Positions 35,723-42,922 of a DNA stretch of 42,922 bases are shown here, one piece after another. Positions within the stretch are counted from its first letter, which is position 1. Every line of letters begins with the position of its first letter. The notes beneath the pieces were generated by a model. It was not told the DNA's origin. It saw only the letters and a program-made list of their open reading frames with translations, and did not search any database. The position numbers and the translations under genes were made by a program. The stretch comes from Spirochaetota bacterium (GTDB taxonomy: Bacteria > Spirochaetota > UBA4802 > JAFGJZ01): NCBI GenBank assembly GCA_035447445.1, contig DAOTGZ010000001.1, positions 1 through 42,922 of the forward strand, in the 5' to 3' direction.

Positions 35723-36952
35723 ATGGATATTGCTTCAAAACTTGGTATATACAAAAAAAAATCACAGCCGATTACAGAAAATGCGACAAAAAAATCGATT
35801 ATATTTCCCGATGAATCTATTGCGGACAAATTGTCTATTAATGGTGGTACAGTCTGGAGATTTGAAAACCGGCTCTCACTTTTTGATGTTTACAGTCCGG
35901 TAAATATTTCACCAATCAGAGAATTGGACGCTTTTTTGGAAATAAACGGCTTTTCCAATGATTTTTCTCTGTCCGATCTTCTCTTTTTTGATCTGGAAAC
36001 AACATCACTCTCCATTGCATCAGGAAACTATCCCTTTGTGTGCGGCATCGGATATACAGATGGAGACGATTTTGTAACCGAACAGCTTTTTATGGAAAGT
36101 TATTCTGACGAAAAAGCAATACTCACATACCTTTTAGACTTTTTTAATCGTTCCAAAGCTGTTGTTACTTTCAATGGCAACAGTTTTGATTTACCATTGA
36201 TAAAAAACAGATATATGCTAAATAGAATTTATGGTTTTCCGGTCAACATTCCTTCAATCGACCTAATAGTCTCTTCAAGAAGAATTTTCAAATCACTATA
36301 CGAAAGCTGCTCACTTCAAACTCTTGAGAAAAACATTCTGGGATTTGAACGGATTGATGATATTCCAGGCTGGATGATACCGGAAATATATTATACCTAT
36401 CAAAAGGATGGAGATTCATCCCGACTGCCTGGGGTTATAGAACATAACATGTATGATATTTTTTCCATGTATATTCTTTTACAAATTCTCTCTTCAATAT
36501 TTTCCGATATTAAAAAAGGAAACTTCCGCAATTTCGCAACTTCTTCTTTATTTACAATCGCCCGTTGCCTATTTGTAAACAATACAGAACTTTTCTTACA
36601 ATTAGCCGAATACCTTGGAACAGATCTTTTTGGAGATGATACTGTATTTGAAAAATTTTCTATTGTGTTAAAGCGCAATAAAGAGTGGTACAAGGCGGTA
36701 GATTACTGGAATAAATCAGGCTCCTTTTTTTCACTAATAGAACTGGCGAAATATTACGAGCATAAAGAAAAAAAATACATTCAAGCTCTGAATGTATCTA
36801 ATAAAGCTAATGAGATTTTGTCAAAAAAGGAAACCAACAAAGACGAAAACCCCGATAAAGTTAAAAAAAGAAGAGATCTTCTGCAAGTTCGGATAAACAG
36901 ACTCAAAAAAAAGATCTCAGCATCAAATAATGGGACAAACCCCAGCCTCTGA
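35723..36952 (+). CDS. RNase H-like (DEDDh, YprB-type) exonuclease-fold protein with helical C-terminal region
   Basis: 409 aa. LLFFDLETTSL (Exo I), TFNGNSFDLPLI (Exo II), IEHNMYDIFSM (Exo III, H-x4-D). The C-terminal roughly 130 aa are helical/TPR-like plus a basic tail. Confidence 0.65.
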   Translation: MDIASKLGIYKKKSQPITENATKKSIIFPDESIADKLSINGGTVWRFENRLSLFDVYSPVNISPIRELDAFLEINGFSNDFSLSDLLFFDLETTSLSIASGNYPFVCGIGYTDGDDFVTEQLFMESYSDEKAILTYLLDFFNRSKAVVTFNGNSFDLPLIKNRYMLNRIYGFPVNIPSIDLIVSSRRIFKSLYESCSLQTLEKNILGFERIDDIPGWMIPEIYYTYQKDGDSSRLPGVIEHNMYDIFSMYILLQILSSIFSDIKKGNFRNFATSSLFTIARCLFVNNTELFLQLAEYLGTDLFGDDTVFEKFSIVLKRNKEWYKAVDYWNKSGSFFSLIELAKYYEHKEKKYIQALNVSNKANEILSKKETNKDENPDKVKKRRDLLQVRINRLKKKISASNNGTNPSL

Positions 36953-37084
36953 TTCCTCAATTTCATATTCAATAACAATCATTTCACCTTCCACTCCGGG
37001 AAACATCTCCGCATTCTGCCTTTCGACCTGAAAACTGATATTACCCATTTGAAAAGTAAAGCTTTCTGCCGGTATTGCTGCCAT
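36923..37084 (-). CDS. Candidate small protein (53 aa), below the ORF-track cutoff
   Basis: ATG at 37082-37084 (minus) is preceded by AGGAGA with a 7-nt spacer. Translation: MAAIPAESFTFQMGNISFQVERQNAEMFPGVEGEMIVIEYEIEESEAGVCPII. Its 3-prime end overlaps the convergent exonuclease gene by 30 nt. Confidence 0.35.
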   Translation of the reverse strand: MAAIPAESFTFQMGNISFQVERQNAEMFPGVEGEMIVIEYEIEESEAGVCPII

Positions 37085-37412
37085 GAAGTACTCTCCTGCA
37101 TCGAATTACCCGACAAATATTCTATACCAAATGTCAGATATAATCATAACATAATAATTAATGAAAATAGCAAGCTAAAATCACTTATCATTCAAAAAAC
37201 AATTGCTTTTCTGTCAAATCCTTATAACTATTCTAAACAAGGTATATCATAAATTATTTACTTGTCAAAAAATTTAGTGAAAATTCATTTTAATTGGAAC
37301 TCTGTTGTTCAACAAGCTGAATACAACAAATTTGGCTTTAGTTAATAAACTATAAGCACTTTGCAGGGCGTTATCATGTCCTAACTAATATTAAGAATTA
37401 CCGGAAGGAATT

Positions 37413-39902
37413 ATGGAAAAAAGAGAAATTAAACTACCACCTGTTATCGAAGGCCTTGAAGGAATGGATACCGAGTCAATACGTAGAGGTATCGGAACAA
37501 ATCTGGTTTATTCACTTGCTAAAGACAGATTTTCAGCAACAGATCGGGATATTTACGAAAGTTTAGCGCTCACCACAAGAGATCGCCTTATCGAAAGGTG
37601 GATAAAAACACAGCAGACCTACTACGATAAGGATGTCAAGCGTGTATACTACCTCTCAATGGAATTTTTGGTAGGGCGGACACTAGGTAACAGCCTGATA
37701 AATCTTGATATGATGAATCAAACATCAGATGCTGTTAAACAGATCGGATACAACCTCGAAGAGCTACGTGAAATTGAATTTGATGCCGGTCTTGGCAACG
37801 GAGGGCTGGGAAGATTAGCAGCCTGTTTTCTGGATTCTATGGCAACACTGGCTTATCCTGCATATGGATACGGAATTCGTTATGAATTCGGAATATTCAA
37901 GCAAAAGATCAGGGATGGTTACCAGGTAGAATACCCCGATAACTGGTTACGTTACGGAAACCCTTGGGAACTTGGAAGGCCGGAATATCTTTTTCCGATC
38001 AGTTTTTATGGAAATGTCGAATATGTTCCTGATACAGAGAACACTGCTGTAAAAAAATGGGTTAATTGCCAAAAGGTCTATGCTATGGCCTACGATACTC
38101 CTATCCCAGGATATAAAAACAATACCGTTAATACAATGCGTCTTTGGGCAGCAAAAGCCGACCGAGAATTTGATTTTTTACACTTTAACGAAGGTGACTA
38201 TAACCAGGCTGTTGCAAATAAAGCCAATTCTGAAAATATAACAAAAGTACTCTATCCCAATGATAATACAATGCAGGGTAAAGAGCTTCGTTTAAAACAA
38301 GAGTACCTACTTGTTGCCGCCTCTCTTCAAGATATTATCCGAAGATATAAAAAATATCACGACTCATTTTCACAATTTCACGAAAAAACAGCTATCCAGT
38401 TAAACGATACACACCCTTCTCTCGCGATACCCGAACTTATGCGCCTTCTTGTCGATGAAGAACGTCTTGACTGGAATTCAGCATGGGACATTACCGTTAA
38501 AACTTTTGGCTATACCAATCACACCGTTCTTCCCGAGGCTCTCGAAAAATGGCCTGTAGATCTTATCAAAAGAGTTCTTCCCCGTCATCTTGAAATTATA
38601 TATACCATAAACATGAAGTTTATGGAACTTATTAAGGAAAAATATAAAGATGACGCAAAACGTATGGCCGCCATGTCCATAGTTGAAGAAGGAGAATACA
38701 AAAACATACGCATGGCTAACCTTTCAATTGTAGGGTCACATTCTGTAAACGGAGTTGCAGCGTTGCATACAGAAATAATTAAGAACAGCTGTTTTAAATA
38801 CTTTTACGAACTTTGGCCTGAAAGATTTAATAATAAAACAAACGGCATAACACAAAGAAGATGGTTAAAGCTATGTAATCCAAAACTTGCTGAGCTTATT
38901 TCCTCACGAATAGGCGAAAATTGGGTAACAAATCTTTTTGAACTTAAAAAATTGGAAGATCACATCAACGATTCTGCTTTTAGGGAATCATTTACCTCTA
39001 TTAAAAAGCAAAACAAAATTGATTTCGCTAGTTATATTGAAGAGCACACAGGAATTAAAGTTAACCCTGATTCAATTTTCGACTGTCAGGTTAAAAGAAT
39101 TCATGAATACAAAAGACAGCTACTTGCCCTTCTTTATGCTATTACCGCGTATCACAGAATAAAAGATGATCCTTCACGAGACTTTGTGCCTCGCACAATG
39201 ATATTCTCCGGCAAGGCTGCTCCCGGTTATCATATGGCCAAGCTGATAATAAAACTTGCCACATCTATTGGTGATGTAGTAAATAATGATCCAGACGTAA
39301 ATGGAAGGCTATCCGTAGTATTTGTAGAAAATTACTCGGTGTCAATTGCCGAGCGCCTTATACCTGCAGCTGATCTCTCTGAACAGATTTCTACTGCAGG
39401 GTTTGAAGCCTCCGGCACAGGGAACATGAAGTTTGCTTTAAACGGAGCTTTGACTATTGGAACCCTTGATGGAGCTAATGTTGAAATTAAAGAAGAGGTA
39501 GGGGACGATAATATCTTTATATTTGGACTTACTGCAGATGAGGTAGAATCGACAAAATACTCCGGGTACAACGCAAGAGAATACTATCATAAAAACGGAG
39601 AATTAAGACGAGCCGTCGATGCGATATCTAATGGCTATTTTTGTCCATCCATGCCTGATCTGTTTAAACCAATAACCGATGCACTTCTTAATCACGGAGA
39701 TCCCTATATGCTTCTTGCAGACTATGAAACATACATCAACATGCAGGAAAAAGTCAGCACTGCTTTTACCGACAAGGAAAAGTGGACTACAATGTCAATT
39801 TACAATGTTGCTCGAATGGGTAAATTTTCAACTGACCGAACAATACGTGAATATGCAGAAGAAATATGGAAAATTGATCCTGTCTCAGTTAAAATTGATT
39901 AA
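37413..39902 (+). CDS. glgP: Glycogen/maltodextrin phosphorylase (GT35)
   Basis: 829 aa. YYLSMEFLVGR, GLGNGGLGRLAACFLDS, RIHEYKRQ, and the PLP-lysine region EASGTGNMKFALNGALTIGTLDGANVE. SD GGAAGGA upstream. Confidence 0.95.
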   Translation: MEKREIKLPPVIEGLEGMDTESIRRGIGTNLVYSLAKDRFSATDRDIYESLALTTRDRLIERWIKTQQTYYDKDVKRVYYLSMEFLVGRTLGNSLINLDMMNQTSDAVKQIGYNLEELREIEFDAGLGNGGLGRLAACFLDSMATLAYPAYGYGIRYEFGIFKQKIRDGYQVEYPDNWLRYGNPWELGRPEYLFPISFYGNVEYVPDTENTAVKKWVNCQKVYAMAYDTPIPGYKNNTVNTMRLWAAKADREFDFLHFNEGDYNQAVANKANSENITKVLYPNDNTMQGKELRLKQEYLLVAASLQDIIRRYKKYHDSFSQFHEKTAIQLNDTHPSLAIPELMRLLVDEERLDWNSAWDITVKTFGYTNHTVLPEALEKWPVDLIKRVLPRHLEIIYTINMKFMELIKEKYKDDAKRMAAMSIVEEGEYKNIRMANLSIVGSHSVNGVAALHTEIIKNSCFKYFYELWPERFNNKTNGITQRRWLKLCNPKLAELISSRIGENWVTNLFELKKLEDHINDSAFRESFTSIKKQNKIDFASYIEEHTGIKVNPDSIFDCQVKRIHEYKRQLLALLYAITAYHRIKDDPSRDFVPRTMIFSGKAAPGYHMAKLIIKLATSIGDVVNNDPDVNGRLSVVFVENYSVSIAERLIPAADLSEQISTAGFEASGTGNMKFALNGALTIGTLDGANVEIKEEVGDDNIFIFGLTADEVESTKYSGYNAREYYHKNGELRRAVDAISNGYFCPSMPDLFKPITDALLNHGDPYMLLADYETYINMQEKVSTAFTDKEKWTTMSIYNVARMGKFSTDRTIREYAEEIWKIDPVSVKID

Positions 39903-39930
39903 ACAGCTATAGACGCTCAAAGAATCATTT

Positions 39931-39970
39931 AAACGTTCCTTTATACTGATATAAGGGAACGTTTTGTTAT
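39931..39970 (+). terminator. Intrinsic terminator of glgP
   Basis: 15-bp stem AAACGTTCCTTTATA / TATAAGGGAACGTTT (one G-U pair) with loop CTGA, followed by TGTTATTT. Confidence 0.75.
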
Positions 39971-40119
39971 TTAATTTATCACAATTTCTATTATTAAAAT
40001 CGCGTATTTCAACAAAACTCTTTATTTGAGACGGTATGATTGTTTGAATTTTCGTTAACATTACCTATAACAACGGAAATCCAGATTTTTACAAATTTCT
40101 GACGCATCAGAGGATAATC

Positions 40120-41151
40120 ATGAAGCAGAACGAGATTAGTCATTTAAAACAATACATATTTTTTTTATTATTATCCGGATTAGGAGGTGGTTTTTTTGGT
40201 CTAGTTATTCCTAAATATAGCGATCCCCAATATTCGACCGCATTAAGTTTTTGTATTGGATTTTTAATCGGATTTTGTATTTGCGTACTGGCTATTCTTT
40301 TCGATAACAAATTTAAAATCATTATCAGAAAATATAAAGTGCCCCTGCTTTTGGAGCTTTCTATAACAACGTTATATTACGCTTTGATTATTCCTGTTGT
40401 TTTTTATTCGATCTTTTATATTTTTAGATTACAGGAAGAAATCAGCACATTACTTTTTCCTGTTATGGTATACAGCCTAGGAGCCAGTTTTTTTATAAAC
40501 ATGCTTGCGATAATTATTAATTTGATAGGACCACCCGACTTTTTACGTCTTATTAGTGGACGTTATTCCCGTCCCTTCGAAGAAGAGCGAATTTTTATGT
40601 TTATTGATATTAAAGGCTCTACCTCCCTTGCCGAAAACCTCGGCAACCTGAAATTTCACTCTTTCTTGAATGATTTCATCTTTTTTATTACCCCATTAAT
40701 TTTGGAGTGCAAAGGAGAGATATATAAATATATTGGTGACGAAATTATTATTTCGTGGAACCCCAAAAAGGGTTTAAAGCATTTAAACTGTCTAAGAATT
40801 TTCTTTTTGATAGTCAACGCTATACAGGACAAAAAAAGCTATTTCGAAACCGAATATAACAATGTTCCTGAATTCAGAGCAGGTATTCATATAGGTAAAG
40901 TGATTGTTGGTGAAATGGGCGATATCAAAAAAGAGATCGCGTATCTAGGCGATGTTGTTAACACTACAGCAAGAATAGTAAACGTTGCTTCGGAACGATC
41001 TATACCTCTTCTGGGGTCAGCAGAAATCGTAAACTTTGTATCAAACAATAAACTCAAAACAGATTATTTGTTTACCGAAATAAAGGAAGTAATGTTAAGA
41101 GGAAAGAGTAATCAGTCAGCAGTTTATCAGATCACAGAGAATATTATGTGA
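40120..41151 (+). CDS. Membrane-anchored class III adenylate/guanylate cyclase
   Basis: 343 aa with about 4 N-terminal TM helices. Catalytic domain FMFIDIKGSTSL, KYIGDEIIISW, RAGIHIGKVIVGEMG, YLGDVVNTTARI. Confidence 0.85.
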   Translation: MKQNEISHLKQYIFFLLLSGLGGGFFGLVIPKYSDPQYSTALSFCIGFLIGFCICVLAILFDNKFKIIIRKYKVPLLLELSITTLYYALIIPVVFYSIFYIFRLQEEISTLLFPVMVYSLGASFFINMLAIIINLIGPPDFLRLISGRYSRPFEEERIFMFIDIKGSTSLAENLGNLKFHSFLNDFIFFITPLILECKGEIYKYIGDEIIISWNPKKGLKHLNCLRIFFLIVNAIQDKKSYFETEYNNVPEFRAGIHIGKVIVGEMGDIKKEIAYLGDVVNTTARIVNVASERSIPLLGSAEIVNFVSNNKLKTDYLFTEIKEVMLRGKSNQSAVYQITENIM

Positions 41152-41187
41152 TCTTGTTATAAATAGTTTTTAAGTAAACACAAAACA

Positions 41188-41946
41188 ATGAAAAAAAAAA
41201 TTGAAATACAAAAACTTTACAAGGCATTTAGAGAAAAGAAAGTATTACAAGGAATAGACCTTGATATTTTCGAAGGTGAAATTATCTCTGTTGTTGGGAA
41301 GTCTGGAACCGGAAAATCCGTTATACTAAAAAATCTTATCGGATTAATGAAACCCGACACCGGCAAGATCATTGTCGACAATGAAGATTTCACTCAAAGC
41401 TCCGGAGATAACTTTTATCGAATACAGCAAAAATTTGGAGTTCTTTTTCAAATGGCAGCCCTTTTCGATTCGATGAATATATTTGATAATGTCGCTTTTG
41501 GTCTAAGGCGTAAAAAAAATGATGAGTCTTTCATAAAGAAACGTGTCCCAGAGTTATTAGAGCAGGTTGGCTTGAAAGATATAGAAACGAAAATGCCATC
41601 CGAAATATCAGGAGGTATGCAAAAAAGAGTCGGTCTGGCAAGAGCGCTAGCTATGAATCCACAAATTATGCTCTACGATGAACCTACCACTGGTGTCGAC
41701 CCGATTACAGGAAGTGCGGTTGACAAATTAATACTTAAAATGAATAATGCATTTAATATCACTTCTATAGTGATAACACATGATCTTGAATCGGCATTCA
41801 GAATTTCTGACCGAATTGCAATGCTTCATGAAGGAAACCTAATTTTTTTGGGATCACCGGATCAATATAAAAATTCAAATGATTCTGTCATCCGCCAGTT
41901 TTCTGCCGGACAGGCTAACCCATCAGAACAAACGGAGATACAATAA
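41188..41946 (+). CDS. ABC transporter ATP-binding protein (MlaF/Ttg2A-like)
   Basis: 252 aa. Walker A GKSGTGKS, signature ISGGMQKRVGLARAL, Walker B MLYDEPT, H-loop ITHD. Confidence 0.85.
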   Translation: MKKKIEIQKLYKAFREKKVLQGIDLDIFEGEIISVVGKSGTGKSVILKNLIGLMKPDTGKIIVDNEDFTQSSGDNFYRIQQKFGVLFQMAALFDSMNIFDNVAFGLRRKKNDESFIKKRVPELLEQVGLKDIETKMPSEISGGMQKRVGLARALAMNPQIMLYDEPTTGVDPITGSAVDKLILKMNNAFNITSIVITHDLESAFRISDRIAMLHEGNLIFLGSPDQYKNSNDSVIRQFSAGQANPSEQTEIQ

Positions 41947-42809
41947 TGCATAGCGAACCACTTGACCTGCACCATAAAGAAATACTCTACAATAGGCTTC
42001 GGGCGATTTCCATCAGATTATCCGAATTTAGTTTCGCAAACCTGTACCTTTTTCGTAAAACTCATGGGTACGAAGTAGTACACGATGGTGATTGTATACA
42101 TATCACAGGTTTTACAGGAGACAAACAGAAGTTTGTACTGCCTCTTTGCGAAAAAAAAGAACCGGATCTAGAGCATATCGATGAACTTCTGGATAATTAT
42201 GAAATGATTTTCCCCGTTTGCGATTGCTGGCTTCGCTATTTTGATCCCCGCAACTTTGATATACACCATAACGAAGACGATTCTGATTATATTTATACTG
42301 TTGAAAAAATGGCCACATACTCTGGACGACATTTGTCAAAAAAAAGAAATCTTCTAAAACAGTTTAATAACTCTCATCAATATACTCGTCAAATTCTGAA
42401 CAAGGATAATATCGAAATTGCTATAAAAGTTCTTACTAACTGGCAAGACGAAACCCCCGCAGATGCATCAGATACTGATTTTCATGCAGCCATGGAGGCT
42501 CTAGAAAACATGGAAATACTGGGACTCTTTGGATTTTTGTATATTATTGATGACAAGCCGGGAGCATATGTTTTGGGTGAAGACATTACCGACGACACTT
42601 TTGTACTGCACTTCGCAAAAGGACTAACAGAATTTAAGGGAGTGTATCAATTTATGTACAATGATCTTGCCAAAGAAATTCAGGGTAAATACAATTATAT
42701 TAATTTTGAACAAGATCTTGGGCTCCAATCTCTAAGGCAGGCAAAATCTTCTTATAAACCTGACCATATGGGAATGAAATATCGAATTAAAAGAAGAAGG
42801 TGTAATTAG
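41946..42809 (+). CDS. DUF2156 (phosphatidylglycerol lysyltransferase C-terminal-like, GNAT-fold) protein
   Basis: 287 aa. FSFANLYLFRKTHGYEV, DYIYTVEKMATYSGRHLSKKRNLLKQF, GAYVLGE...FVLHFAKG....GVYQFM match the DUF2156 pattern as I remember it. Its start overlaps the upstream stop (TAATG). Confidence 0.65.
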   Translation: MHSEPLDLHHKEILYNRLRAISIRLSEFSFANLYLFRKTHGYEVVHDGDCIHITGFTGDKQKFVLPLCEKKEPDLEHIDELLDNYEMIFPVCDCWLRYFDPRNFDIHHNEDDSDYIYTVEKMATYSGRHLSKKRNLLKQFNNSHQYTRQILNKDNIEIAIKVLTNWQDETPADASDTDFHAAMEALENMEILGLFGFLYIIDDKPGAYVLGEDITDDTFVLHFAKGLTEFKGVYQFMYNDLAKEIQGKYNYINFEQDLGLQSLRQAKSSYKPDHMGMKYRIKRRRCN

Positions 42810-42882
42810 GTTATATATTTATTTGAAACATCATTGATTTATTAAACAACAATTTCACTCTCGTTTCATGTGGAGGATACAA

Positions 42883-42922
42883 ATGAAACTAAAAACTATT
42901 GCAATATCAATTGTTTTCATGT
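42883..42922 (+). CDS. 5-prime end of a secreted/membrane protein (runs off the right edge)
   Basis: Strong SD GGAGGA lies 5 nt upstream of the ATG. MKLKTIAISIVFM looks like a signal peptide start. Confidence 0.5.
   Translation, partial: MKLKTIAISIVFM

Noticed and set aside
37049-37252. 67-aa + strand ORF (and 36781-36978 on the minus strand) in the exonuclease-glgP gap
   Set aside because: It has a non-ATG start, no SD and an implausible Cys/Ile/Asn-rich sequence. It is antisense to the better-supported 53-aa ORF.
41191-41200. A10 homopolymer at the start of the ABC ATPase gene (and an A9 in recQ at about 4546) as phase-variation tracts
   Set aside because: They simply encode Lys runs in an AT-rich genome. 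No alternative frame yields a sensible product, and there is no population data to indicate slippage.
1-42922. Scan for CRISPR arrays, tRNA/rRNA/tmRNA genes, transposases, integrases, reverse transcriptases, restriction-modification or other canonical defence genes
   Set aside because: By eye I saw no regularly spaced direct repeats, no tRNA T-arm (GGTTCGAATCC-like) motifs and no proteins with such signatures. The only multi-copy sequences are the roughly 70-80 nt element and the intragenic KKAA-tail repeats. This was not an exhaustive computational scan.

Overview
AT-rich (by eye roughly one-third G+C) bacterial chromosomal window, densely coding on both strands. The many lipoprotein and outer-membrane-type signal peptides point to a diderm organism. 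MORN-variant repeats, several M23 peptidases, a bactofilin, a class III cyclase and Ig-like surface repeats give a spirochaete-like flavour, but this taxonomic guess is low confidence. Recognisable genes: type III glutamine synthetase (runs off the left edge, absent from the ORF track), RecQ, DapF, phosphoglucomutase, a GH13 alpha-glucosidase, a PQQ-type sugar dehydrogenase, a second short RecQ-family helicase, a cation/proton antiporter fused to a PTS EIIA domain, two M23 peptidases, a bactofilin, PdxA, a lysophospholipase with a Lys/Ala-rich tail, a PAS/HisKA/REC hybrid sensor, glycogen phosphorylase, a membrane class III nucleotide cyclase, an MlaF-like ABC ATPase and a DUF2156 protein. I found no rRNA, tRNA, CRISPR array, transposase, integrase, reverse transcriptase or canonical defence-gene hallmark, so I cannot point to a clear-cut new multi-gene system. 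Signals not explained by ordinary annotation, best first: (1) a roughly 70-80 nt structured intergenic element in three copies, two directly after stop codons and one inverted; (2) a 428-bp hairpin-rich divergent control region between a LysM-M23 peptidase and a bactofilin, reminiscent of Helicobacter csd1-ccmA shape loci; (3) a histone-H1-like KKAA tail on an alpha/beta hydrolase, carrying in-frame 32-nt direct repeats; (4) a two-gene operon of an acidic protein plus a GAF-GAF-degenerate-GGDEF protein; (5) a structured island upstream of an orphan 143-aa gene; (6) a 53-aa ORF with a strong SD that falls below the ORF-track cutoff. All functional calls rest on motif recognition by eye. No searches were run.
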